Of a DNA stretch of 64,000 nucleotides, positions 46,871 to 59,410 are shown one piece after another. A model generated the notes under the pieces. The model had not been told where the DNA came from. It saw only the letters and a list, made by a program, of their open reading frames with translations, and ran no database searches. The translations under genes were made by a program, and so were the position numbers. The first letter of the stretch is position 1; every line of letters starts with the position of its first letter. The stretch is from NCBI RefSeq assembly GCF_963921235.1, contig NC_086108.1, positions 76,944,001-77,008,000 of the forward strand. Reading direction: 5' to 3'. The stretch is from Mobula hypostoma. Its lineage: Eukaryota.

Positions 46871-49800
46871 AAAGGAAACATGAAAATTTACTTTGAGAGA
46901 GCTAACAAGATGCCAATCAGGGCAGCTGCTTGGCATGCAAAACTTAATTAATAGAATAATTCAAGGTGATTTTATTTGAGTGTTACCTGTTACAGAATTT
47001 GTTTGGAAACTTGAAATTCAAAGCTTGTTGTCATAATTCGTAACTTTAAAGAGATGTATTATGGGTCAGAAGCTCAGAATTCTTCTGACTTTACTAAGTA
47101 TTTCCATTGTCAAGGAGACACAAAGATAGAATGCTTTCCACATGCTTCATCATTTGAATCAGGATAAAACAGCCTATTTTATCGACACCCATTTTGAGCA
47201 TCCACTTCTTCCATTATTGGAATACTGTTGTTCCAAATTCTATTATCTCTTGGATGTTCAGTTGCAACTAAGCTTCATGAACAACACCATCCAGCACTGA
47301 CAAAGCTTCATTAACAGCACTTCCCAGTACAGTCCTCTGACAAGAAAAACCAGGGTAACGGGTGTTTGGCCTGTTATTGAATGTTCCTTTTCAAGTCATA
47401 TACTGTCATGAATTGGAATAATTTTGCCACTTGATCGATTTTACTGGGCAAAAGTCTTAGAATATGATCCCTTCATCTAAATAGTAGTGTGGATGTACTA
47501 CACCACTAGTCTGAGAAGAAATTAAAATCAGAAGCCTGCAAATGCTGGAAATCTGCAATGAAAACTGGAGGCCCTCAACAGACCCTCATTTTTGGATAGA
47601 GAAACAGTTAAGGTTCCATACCTATAATAGATATTGTCATCTCTATTTATGCCAATCTCCACCTTCTTTGGAACTTGAAGCTGACTTGCTTTCTCCCTGT
47701 AAAGGGTCTTCATACTGAAACATTGATCTGCTGAATGTAATCTTTTAATTACATAGCATCTCTTCAAGGGCAGTATGAAGGGTTATAGTTACTAGAACAG
47801 ACATTCTGTATTGGAATTTAAAAAAAAATTCTTACTTACATATTTATTTTTTATCAGAAGTTAATACAGATTTTGTCAAAACATTAATGAATATCTTCTA
47901 TAGTTACTGAGGATTGGCAAAGTCTTATTCTGCAGAAAACTGTGAGAAAGACCAAAATTCTGTCGGTAAATTTCCTTTAAAGAAATCTCTGAAATTGAGC
48001 CATTTGCTCATTCCTAATATTTGACCTTAACTTGACCAGTCCTGGGAATGTAATTTTAGTGAGGCTCTGCTTTTGGATCACTGAGGGCAGAATAGCTGAG
48101 AAATGAGAGCTTGTCAAACAAAATTCCCTGTTATCTCCCTTGTTTTACCTAAATGAGCTAGGGCAAGGAGCACAGTGTCTCATTTCAAAAGTTATAAAAT
48201 ATTAAAAAAGCTGTGTCTAGTGGGAGCTGCCAGGGGGATTGCAGGTACAAGGTCTGCGATCAATTTGTACCGTTTTTCTAATGAAAGCTACAGAGTTTGT
48301 GTCAGATGCGCTTCACAGCTGGGCCAGTCATGTCGGCCAAAGAACAAGTCTGTATTCTCAGCTAGCCTGAAAGAAAAGGTGTATATACTTGGCAACATTT
48401 TCAAGAAACCACATCTTGGTCTTCCTATTGGACCTTATTGTGTTGTTTCAAAATGTAGAAATTAATGTGGGAAAATTTAAGGTCCTCAAATTTGAAGTAT
48501 GAGCAGTGTTTGCTGGCTGTTCTGGACGGGTAAAAAAAACTTAAGCACATTTTTCAAAGAAAGTAATATACAGCCTCTATGGGTGGAGTATTTGATTGGT
48601 GCCCCTGATTGCTATGTTTGAAATTTGACTGTATGGTTCTGGTTTTCTCATAAGCTTTCCTTTTTGAGGGCTTTTCATAGGGAGCGTTCATAAGGATTTT
48701 TGATTGCTTCATGTTTGTCATCTGCTATACAGCATCAATGCCCAAGTTCCGAAATGGACCTGTGTAGCTATACCAAGTTTTTAATTGATGTGGAGTAGTA
48801 ATTATGACTTTTATTCCCTCACCTCTTTTTCAGCTCCTTGAATTGGTTTCACACACATTAATAGCTATTAAGTGGTTACTTTTCATGTGAGGATGGATAG
48901 TTTATGCCACAAAAGAAGTACTAAAATGGTGTGCAGAGAGAATGCCGTGTATTTATTCATTTAGGAATTGGCTAGATGGGCTTTCATGATGTTTCTTGTT
49001 GATACACCAAGATGATAAACATGGCAAACAACAACAGCTTAAATAAAAGAAGTCATAATATTTAAAGTTTCATTTGCACTTAAGTCATGGTAATTTTTTT
49101 ATTCAATATATCATGTAATAATAAACCCATTTACCCAAAAATTGAATTGATACAGTCTAAACCAGGCTATCATCTTTAAATGATTCACTGCAGTTTAAAG
49201 AAAGTGACTGGACTGTAACTAACTGAGGTTATTTACAGTTAGCAAACTATTGACACTGTGGATGAAACTATAGTAACTGTGGAATGAACAAGGTGATAAG
49301 AAAGTAATGATGGCATCAGAAAATGTTTGACGCTGTGCTTTCATACCTGCTTTGTAATGTGACTTCAAAGCTGATGGGGGGTGGGGTTGTTCTGCCTGAG
49401 CAAGTCCCCACTCACTGCAAACCACTGACTGAGGAAATCTTTGGTTGTTATTTCGGCCTGAGCAGATGGGACTAAGTAGATTAGGTAGCGATAGGTCAGA
49501 GGCGGCCAGTTGTTCCCTTCTGTTCAGTTCCATTTAGGGATTTCGGGTCGATTGGCATCATGTGTCATTCCTCCAGTGATATCGCTCAGGTATTGATCCA
49601 GTCTAGACAAGAGCTGGAGGCATCGCAGAGAACGTGTGCTGCACCATGCATAATGTGATTGAAAGGCAGTTAAAATGGCACTGACCTTTTCAGGGAGGAT
49701 TAGATTGCCTGCCAAGTCTGTTTAAAGCAAGTGATAACGCGTGGTAAGGAAAACTGTCCGGACAACTTCAGAGAGAGAGCGAGAGAGGGAGGGAGGTTGA

Positions 49801-51148
49801 GCAAAAATGTTTTACAGACCTCTGCTGGGCTTTTTGAAACAGCACTATATTTTATGTTGTACAGATTTATAGAGGATTGAAATTTACAAAAGTATTTACT
49901 TCAGGTTTTGGCCTCAGAAAGATGGGAGAACTTGCTGAATACAACAGTGTCTTGTTGTAGTACTTATAATGTTCATTTCTAAATGTAGGGTATTAGCTAT
50001 TTTAATAGTTAATGTTTGAGAAAACCCGTGCTTTTATTAATACTAGCTCTAAAACTGAGGATAGTTTCGATTCTGCTTCGTTTTCTTCCCTCTAAGTGGT
50101 GTGTAACAGTGTAAAATACAGATTATTATGATGTTCTGTAGCTGATTTGTTAAAATCCTTTGTGAAATTCTGAGTTAAGGTTTCCCAAATTTGAAATTTA
50201 TTGAACTTTGGTTTTTAAATTCGTTTAGTTTATGTGTGAAGAAGTAATTAAGATATTGAGCTAAAATCCCATTTTTGCTGTTTCTGTCAAGAATATAATT
50301 TTATGATTTTATCCAGGAATAGCAAATGGGGGAGACCTTGTGATATATTTTTGATGCTAACAAACAGTGATCAGATTAAATTTTCCTTAGTGAGGTGGAT
50401 CGATTCTTGTGTCCTACCAGGTGAGATGACCTAATGTAGATTTATTTAGTAGAGGAGAAATCTGACACATTGTATATCAGTATATAGCTATGACAGAGGT
50501 CATAGTCAGCACATTATATGGATAACCAATATTGAAATCTTAATAAGAGTTGCATTAGTTTTTGTTGCAGTGCATACAGTTGTTGGATTTGAAGTGTGCA
50601 GCTCAGTATGGACTAATACCGGATCAGTACTGAATTGTTGAGTGATGCATGCACAGAGGGAAATAAACAGGAATTTTCAGAAAATCATTGAAATTTCCAG
50701 CTGTCTGTGAAAGGGATTTCACAGATCCCTAAAAGGTGCATTTTGTACGATTGTCAACATTTTCCTCAATGACAAAACTCAAAAGTACACTAAAAGTTTC
50801 CATCTCCTACCCCCAACTTTTGCAGTGGCTTCCTGTTGGTTGAATTGCGCTTTGTGCAAAATAGCTGCTTCATTTCATTTATTTGTTCATTTAACAATCA
50901 TTGCATTTTGGGGTAATTTCACTTGACATGAGGTGCTTTGTCAGGAAAAAATGAAAAGATGTCCTTGACTTGCAGGTCTGATAATTATATGGTAGCAGGA
51001 CATTGGATATTAGCTTTTCTAATTTAGAACTAAATTCAGATGCAGCACAATGAAATAATGTCATCATACTAACCATGCTTTGAGTGTGTCCCACATTCAT
51101 TTGAGCATTGTTGATATATGTCTACCCACTTTGATTCTGTAATAGATA

Positions 51149-51660
51149 CAGTATTTTGCAAAAGTCTCAGGCACATATATAGCTAGGATGCCTAAGACTT
51201 TTGCACAGTACTATAGTAATTTTATATATTGCTTTGTACTGTTGCTGGAAAAAAAACTAATTTCATGATGTATGATTGATGATAAACCTGATTCTGATAT
51301 GGGTCTCTATTGTGGACTGAGAGTGGAAAGGACACAGGGAGAGGGGAATAGTGATTGGAAAACGGGGTATGGAGGAGGGAGGGAGCGGGAAGCAGCAGAG
51401 GGACATTCTGTAATAATCAATAAACCAGTTGTTTGGCATCAAATGACTTTGCTTGGTGTCTCAGGGTTGGGTGTGTCTGCAACTGCGCTATACCCTGCCC
51501 GTGGCACTCCTTCTCTGTCACCTGTTCTACCCCCTTCTGTGGTGCTTCTCCCTCACCATTCCCATCCTTTGTTTACGCCAGACTTACAAACTCTCTCTTC
51601 TCCACATTGACAAATACAGAACTTTGTATTTAGGCACCCTAAGATTTTTGAACAGTACTC
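51149..51660. mobile_element. Composite Tc1-type MITE with a TIR-pair hairpin at each end
   Basis: TA-cagtattttgcaaaagtctcaggcac...tgcctaagacttttgcacagtacta-TA (51149-51213). A second degenerate pair at 51617-51660 is followed by TA. Carries an internal Rex1-type tail (aaacctgattctgat). Confidence 0.7.
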
Positions 51661-54600
51661 TATGTGGATGATTGACAAATAATTTTCTTTCCATGAATGA
51701 TGCTCCCAAAGAGGGCCTTGCAAAGATATTTAATTTGAGAGTTGGTTGGGGTGTGTGATTTTGGTCAGCAGTTGATAGGACAGGTGGATAGGTTAGCAGG
51801 AGTATTGAGTGGAAGATTAGTCACAGTGCAAAGTTCAAGAATGTACCCACCTGCACTGGGAAGGGCTCCTCAGAATTTCCAATAGTGATCCAGATAGGAT
51901 GATAACCTGGATGATTACCTAACTGAGGGTTGCTTTTTTTTACTCATTGCTTTAATACTTATTTTCCAAAATTACTTGGTGAAAACAGATAATTTTGTAA
52001 TGTAATGAAATGCTGGTGACTGGTATAGATTTTAACTGAGGTTGATAGCCATTTTTAAAAGTCAGTGTTCTTTCATTATGGCTAAATAAAAATAATGTAG
52101 CTCTGTTTGTTTTAAAAAGTAATCTCAATTGAAGGGGGTCATTGTTATGCACATTTGTAACCATTTCTTAAATGCCTTGACAACTAAACAATTTACCAGA
52201 CCTCTTTGGAAGACATATAGAGAGAATGATCTAGTGTGGGACTAAATCACAAATAAGAGAGGCAAATTCCTTTCAAGAAGTGCATTAAGTAAATGAGTTG
52301 AGTTTCTGAGTTAAAAACAGCTTTCACTTTCTGCTTTTCCTCCATGACTTAAACAGCTTTTAAAATATTAGTTTTACATAATGCCATGATGATGTTTAGG
52401 TTTCACAATCCAATAATTTAAAGAAATATGTCCTGATATACTCTTACAAACCTGCTCTTCAAGAAATAGTAATTCAACCAAAGTGCATAATGGATACTTG
52501 GGAGTCTATTGCCATAATATTAATAAATGTTGAAATTTCTTCTTTACACATATGTGATGTGATTGACAATGATTTGATGCCATCTTATTTTGATTTCATA
52601 TACATATATCCTCAGCAAACCTGACCAAACAATCTTCTGAAATCGTCTCTTTCACGCATCTCTCTCCATCCAAGTTTGAAAGTAATTGGCATGTTGTACG
52701 TCTTGCTAAACACACAGCTTATGTGCATATAAGAACACACACAGTTTGTAGGCCTTTTGAGCAGCTTCTGATGGGGGCTAACTATATTTGACACACGGCA
52801 ACTTCTTACCTCCACACCAGATAATTGCATTGTCAACTATTCAGCAAAGTGGCAGGTGACATCTGAGGCGATTGACTAGCAGAGTTGTTCTGTGTAGGAC
52901 TGTCAGCTGTTCAATCAATAGAGTTTACAGAAGACACCCTGATTGCATCTGTAACTAATTTAACTTTGAAACCCCTAGCTCCCCTTTGCACAAAGTTGCA
53001 ATTCTATTCAGGATGTGCACTGAATGGCAGGTGAAAAAAATCAATGGCAGCTTTCTGCGGTCGTGCAGTCGTGGGTTTTTGCTCTGCATGGTTAACAAGC
53101 AGTCATGACTTCAAATCAATGAACTGATCAATTGATTAAATTAACAGTGATTTTCTTTTGGGTTAGCAGCCAGGGTCCTTGGATTATTAGTTGTGTTGTC
53201 TTTTGAGGTAACTTGCATTTATAAAATTTAAGGCTTATTAACAACTCAGCACTTGGAAATTCCACTTTCTCCTCTCTTTCAACATGTAATGTTAATTAGT
53301 TGGGCAGAAGCCTTGGCCTATTGGGATTTGGGATGTATTTGACAGGATTGGATTGGGTTACTGCAGCACAAGCCCTTTGCTTCCTCTCTCAGCAGTTCAG
53401 AAGCTAGTTAAGTAGTTCTGATAGGTAGAGCGTGATTGATGGGGAAGTTTGTCTCCGGTAGTGTCAGGGACTTATAGAGGTGTCATTCAAGATTGGCGCC
53501 TGAATTACTTGTCACATTCTGTCAAAGAATGTCGAAGAAACAAGGAACTGCTGCATTACTTTGTTTTTCTCTGTTAAATGACCCATGTCTTATCTGCTTG
53601 CTATTTGTATTGGTTGAAGGTTAAAAAGACAGCTTTAAATAGGCAGCATTTTAAAAAGTCAGAAATTAAAGCTCTAAGAATTTTATTCCAGTTGAATAAC
53701 TGAACAATATATAAAAAAAACATTGTATTCAACAGAGTTTGATAAGATTCTCCTGTCTAGTGAAGTAGTTTGTCTGTTCATCCACCTCATAGCAAGAACT
53801 AAACCTACACATATCGATACATACCCTGGAATATTGCAGAAACCTCGAAAGCAAATTAAAATAGAATTTAGACTCTTGACAACTTCAATGAGACTAATGC
53901 AGAATTTTGAGGATTAGCTGCATATCAGTGAAAAACATGAAATCCAGATCAGTTGTGAGTGAAGTATAACTTACCTCCCCAGTAAAAGCAAGCTAGCAAA
54001 CTGTACAGCTGAATTCCTGGTATTGCAGTAACATGACTAGTTTCTGCAGTCCTTTTCTGATCATTTTGCTGTCCCTCATAGCACCTCTTTATTCATCACA
54101 TTTCCTGCTGCTTCTGTTCCTGGTAATTTGCTTTAACAAGTAAGCAGCAGAAAAATATATTTGTTCTTGATTTCCCTTTGTTTTAAAAATTGAATAAAAA
54201 TGGGCTAAGTTGAGGGTGAAATTTGTAATACTCTCTCCTTCTTTGTTCACCAATTTATAAAATTGTTCCAAGTGAATGAACAGTGATTGAAGATCACTGG
54301 GATTCTTGCCCCTTCACCACATATGACTGCTGATTCCTGATGTACAATAAACTTTCTCATATTCTACAAATTTAGATATTTGGTATTTCTTGACCCAAAT
54401 TACAGTTACAACTGCAGATGAATTTCTGTTTCGTTATTTACTCCAGAGAATGGTGGCATTGCTGAATGACTGCTTTTATTGTCCCACCCTTATTTCATTG
54501 AGGTAATGGGGTTGTATGTTTGAACTAACCAGCTGGAATAAAATAGGTGAGATGTGGGCCTTGATTAAGCAAATATCTTTATTGGGCAGAAATTAGCTCA

Positions 54601-55763
54601 CCTAAATTCTGGAGCATTTTCAGTGGCAAGAGGTGAGCATTGTAAGAAAGCTGCTGTGGAAGAGGACCTCAGGAAATTTAACATTTTTGTTACCAGTGTT
54701 TGACTGGTCCCTGAAGGCATTACCAAGTCCTAAGGTGCTTACTTCATTCCTGACAAGGAATAAGATTGGCTGCCGGGACCAGGTATGAGGCTCATGTTAA
54801 GATGGTGAATGGAGGTTCTAGAAGGTCCATTATTTTTTGATTCCACTTTCAATTAAGTAACATGTTACCTATTTGGTAGCAACCCCTTTATGAACAACAA
54901 ACAATCTCTTGGAGCAATTCAGCGGGTCAAGCAGTATCTGTGGCAGGAAAGGAATTATCAACATTTCAGGTTGAAACCCTGCATCTGCTTTTTTTTTTAA
55001 CTTGTGTGTCATATGGACTTTGCCATCATTCCAGGCAGGTGCCAGCGACTATTAAGTGTTGTCCTGAATGACTTTGTGACTGATGCGCACCTTGTTTGCT
55101 GTGATCATTTGCAGATGACAAGAAGAATTGATTTTTTGTGGTTCCTGCTTTGTGTCTAAGTGATATGCAAAATATTATTCAGTTTTGTTCCATACCTGTT
55201 TTGAGATTTGTATAAAGTAGTTTTATTCTCCCTGTCCTTCCTCTATTTCCAGTGCAGCTAGACAATGGAAGGAATTTAATGTTTTTGTATTTGTTTATGA
55301 CTCTGTTTCAGACCGTTAACTATATTCTCCAAATGTGCGTATTGCCACGCCTTATATAAAAAATGATGTTAAGTGCACCATTTCCCAATGTGTAGATTGG
55401 CTTTCAAAAAGTAATTATTTGGTGTCTTTTGTTTGGTTTGAACTTGGCATTGAAAATTCAGAGGCTTACATAGAAACTAAGGAGATATTAAATATGACTT
55501 TATTTATAAAATGAATGGTTTCTGCTTGGTGAAGCAGGTAGCATTGAGCACATAATGGAACGATAAAGTATATTTTATGTTATAGTGTAGATTTGTCCAA
55601 AATATGTAAATTGGCATGTTCTCCAAAGTATGTAAAGTGTTATTTTGCCAAATATATAGAGAGAATTTTCTATTCTGATTTTAAACTTTGGTGTTATATG
55701 TACTGTGCAGAAGCAGTCTTGTTTTCACCTCATTTTACATCTTTGTTTTTGTTTTCAACATAG

Positions 55764-55860
55764 GATCTGGGTTTGTCACCTGCAGCAGTAAAGAGAATCA
55801 TGACAGTGATGCAGATCTTGATGTGGATGGAGATGACACTTTGGAGTATGGGAAACCACA
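55764..55860 (+). CDS. rnf220: RNF220 coding exon (GSGFVTCSSKENHDSDADLDVDGDDTLEYGKP-Q)
   Basis: Acceptor ttttcaacatag|. 97 nt, phase 1 to 2. DSDADLDVDGDDTLEYGKPQ motif. Ends at the non-canonical donor CA|gcatcccttt. Confidence 0.95.
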
Positions 55861-57372
55861 GCATCCCTTTTGTCAATAAATGCAGAATTGGCTTGTATTG
55901 ATTTAAAAGGTTCTTCTTTGAGGAGCCTCCTATCTTTTTTTAATATAAATAATTGTATTCGCATTTCCCCTGCAGTGGCTTAATAAATTAAAGAAAAATA
56001 AGGAATAATAGGACACATCTTCACTAGATGCCAAGCCTGGTGGTTTCCTGCTCAGACCATGGTGTTTCATCCATTGTCTCCCAGGTGCAACCTTTCGTTG
56101 GTTAGTCGGTTCTTGGCTGATCAGGAGGTCAGTGCAGTTTAATACAGTGCAAAACTTTTCTGTTCATAATTGCCCTGTTGACTCCCAGAATAGCTATGAC
56201 TGTCACCCTAAAGTTTGGTTGTCATAGCAGTTACTGACATTGAAAGCCTATGGGGCTCTTAAAAAATGAATATTGTCTTCTAAGTAAGTAGATGTTTTAT
56301 AATTTCAATACAGGTAAATATTTTGAAACTCTATAGCTAAAATAAAATAAGAGTTCTACTCCCCTTTATACTCACAGTCAATTGATTCAACAATTAAAAA
56401 CTAGATTTACAGTTACAAAGCCTCAGAACGGGAAAACCTGTGGAAGTTAGTCCCACCCAGTAAGATTCTAACGAGAGTCCATCAGTGCAGTGCAAGTGAC
56501 CTGGGAACAGTGCTGTGAGTTGGTTGCTCCACTTCAGCCTTGTAGCTGGGAGTACAGCTTTCCACTCACCAGGGCAGTCCCTGGATATCTGTGAGAGGCA
56601 CTACTCACATCCAGAATTTAACTGTCTGCTAATTCTTAAGATGGAAATCATTACCATTTGTTTAATTGTGTGCTGAACCAACATAATAATTACATAATAG
56701 ATAATATTGAAATTAAACTAAAGAAGATGACCATTCAGTCAACCATTTTGTTTATTTACTGACCAAATAAATAACTTATGTCCTGCAGTAATACCAAAGA
56801 AGAAGACTTTTAAACTTACAATTCTTTTGTTCTGTGACTGAAAGAGACAATGATTTGAGTAAGAAGGATATAAATTCCCGATGTGAAAATATTCAATTTT
56901 TTTTTGTAGTATTTAGCCACTGGAGTGCCCCTTTTACCAGATGAAAAATAAATATTGGTGCCAGGAGATGTAAATAGTGATGCAACTGTAGTTGCAACAG
57001 TAGATAATATAGTGATATAGAAAGATCTGCTTGAAGGCTGAAACTTCAAATGTTGATGGGTGAATGCCAACACAATCTAATAAACTATCTGTTGTAGTTG
57101 GCATGGTAAAGATAGATCTAAAGATTATTTCATGGTCAACTGAAATGTTGCTTGTCCAAGTTACTATCAATCTTACCTTTGCGGCTGTAGCTGTTTGTAC
57201 TATGATCATAACTCAAACAGCATTGACACAAAATATATTTCTCACGAATAGAACCAGATATAAACCAGTTTATACAAGGATGGTTTTTGAGGTTAGTGGG
57301 AAAGTTTCACAGTATAAGGGTGAAGTCTCTGAAATTCTTTTGTAGTGGGCCATTTCTTTAACTACTAAACAG
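55861..57372 (+). other. U12-type (minor spliceosome) intron with GC-AG termini
   Basis: 5' end GCATCCCTTT (U12 consensus RTATCCTTT). Branch site TTCTTTAAC at 57354-57362 (consensus TTCCTTRAC), about 11 nt before AG 57371-72, with no polypyrimidine tract. Splicing gives CA|A TAC, restoring KPQYTEAD. Confidence 0.85.
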
Positions 57373-57459
57373 ATACACAGAAGCAGATATTATACCATGC
57401 ACTGGAGAAGAACCAGGGGAGGCCAAAGAGAGGGAGGCACTACGTGGTGCTGTGCTAAA
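57373..57459 (+). CDS. rnf220: RNF220 coding exon (YTEADIIPCTGEEPGEAKEREALRGAVL-N)
   Basis: 87 nt, phase 2 to 2, donor AA|gtaagt. Near-identical to the recalled RNF220 peptide YTEADVIPCTGEEPGEAKEREALRGAVLN. Absent from the ORF track; translated by hand. Confidence 0.96.
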
Positions 57460-57734
57460 GTAAGTAGAAACACCAGTACTATCTCATTCCAGTAGAAATA
57501 TGGTCATGATGCACTGTTGGGGGCTTTTTAGTAGTTTTCTTTAGCTACATTTGCCTTTTTTTCTAATTTTTAAATTGCATCATGTGACTCACGAAATGAG
57601 CACTTAGTTGCAAAGTTGTTTCACAGAACGAGTTAGTATGTGAAATTAAAACATCACATTGCCTAATATATCTGTTGAGATTCAAATTCATGAAAAAGGA
57701 TGTTATTTATAAATGTCCATAAAAGACTATTGTG

Positions 57735-58030
57735 CAAGTCAAGCAACATCTGTGGAAGATAATAGACAGTGGATGTTACAGGCCTTGGCCTTTCTTCAGA
57801 ACTGGAAAGGGGCCAGAATCAAGAAAAAGAATGTGGAGAGAGTGGAAGGGGTACAAGCTGGCAGATGATAGGTGAGACCAAGGACGAGGTGGGTCACCTG
57901 CCAACTTGATTTCCTTACCCTCCCCCCCACTATCTTGTTCTATCATTTATTTCCTTCCCTTCCAGTCCTGATGTTGACTGTCTATTTTGTCTGATTTGCT
58001 GACTTCCTTCTCCAGCATGTGTGTGTTGCA
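57735..58030. mobile_element. Inverted pair of degenerate Penelope pLTR fragments
   Basis: Left arm gcaacatctgtgga...atagacagt...cagaactggaaagg...caagctggcagatga; right arm tcacctgccaacttg...ttccagtcctgatgttgactgtctat...tccagcatgtgtgtgttgc. Confidence 0.65.
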
Positions 58031-58321
58031 TTTCTCTATTTTGAGTACTGAAATTGAAACATGTCTGCTAAGTCACCATTTGTTTTAAATTAATTCATGC
58101 TTTACTGATTTTTTTTGTGAATTAAAATATTTATTACAGGGATGGAGATTGTTCATATCCAGTGATAGTTCCTTCTTTTGTTATATTGGTCTGAAAAAAC
58201 TGTAACCCTCTAACAAACACTCATAGCAAAAAAAAAGCATTACCTTACATTGCTGTTTCTGTCAATTATTTCATTTGTTTTTAATAAGTATGATATTTAT
58301 CACAGTATATTATTATTACAG

Positions 58322-58377
58322 TGGTGGAACTCCAAGCAACAGAATTACACCAGAATTTTCCAAATGGGCCAGTGATG
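58322..58377 (+). CDS. rnf220: RNF220 coding exon (GGTPSNRITPEFSKWASD-E)
   Basis: Acceptor ttattacag| and donor G|gtagga. 56 nt, phase 2 to 1. RITPEFSKWASD motif. Confidence 0.95.
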
Positions 58378-59151
58378 GTAGGATGAAGCTTTGACTTTAA
58401 TAGGATTTGATTTTAATACTTCCTCTGTTAGCTGTGTTTATAATGATCCACTAAATTGCTTTGAACTTTTATAGCATCCTGAATTTTAAAATCAATCTAG
58501 AAATTGACTGAGTTTAAATGATCGCCTATGAGAAATTGCTCTATTTATGGTGAATAAGGGTTGAGAAAAAGGAAAACGCTCAGCATGTCAGGCAGCATAC
58601 ATGGAAAAAGAAAGAGTGAACACTTCAGGTCAAAAACTCTGTAAAGCAGGATAGTGGGATCCGGAAAGAGCGTGGGAAATAGAGAAGAGCTGGGGACTTT
58701 CTAATGAGATCCAGTAGAGAGAGAGAGGGTCTAGTGAGAGCCGATGCTGAGAGGAAGAATGGGGTCCAGCAAGTGGCAGAGGGGAGAGGGAGATTCACCA
58801 AGGATATTGAGGAGGGGATTTTGATGAAGAGAGGGAGGTGTCTTATGTTTGATGAATATTGTGAAGAGTACAATATTTTAAGCTTTAATTTCTAATAAAA
58901 TATTTCGGGTTAATAAGTAATGATTTTTGTATGTGTTTAACTAATTAGTTCTTGAGCACTGCAATGCAATCCGTGTTTAGCAGTAAAATTAATGGCAAAA
59001 CTTTTTGATTTCTGAGTTTTCACTTACTCAATGTGTATTCCAGTGCACAAAACCTTGATCACATTGAACACCACATCTCTGGTGTACAAATTTGTATTTT
59101 TGAGAAATAGTGATATAGTTCTCAGACTTTTTACTTCTGATTTCTTTACAG

Positions 59152-59233
59152 AAATGCCCTCAACAAGTAATGGAGAGAGTGGCAAACTAGAAATGCAGAC
59201 ACAGAAGACATGTAAAAACAGTGAGATTGAAAA
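59152..59233 (+). CDS. rnf220: RNF220 coding exon (EMPSTSNGESGKLEMQTQKTCKNSEIE-K)
   Basis: Acceptor tttctttacag| and donor AA|gtaagt. 82 nt, phase 1 to 2. EMPSTSNGES...QKTCKNS motif. Confidence 0.95.
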
Positions 59234-59410
59234 GTAAGTGCTTATGTATTAACTGAGTGGATCAAGACAGTTTCTGAACTTATTGACTCAAATCAGGAAG
59301 AATGCATTTCTGTTACCTGCAGAAACAGCTTCTAAATTGGTTTGTATCAGTGCATTTTGAGGGGTGAGTGGATAAATTGCATGGGAATTTCCATTAATCT
59401 ATTGTATACT

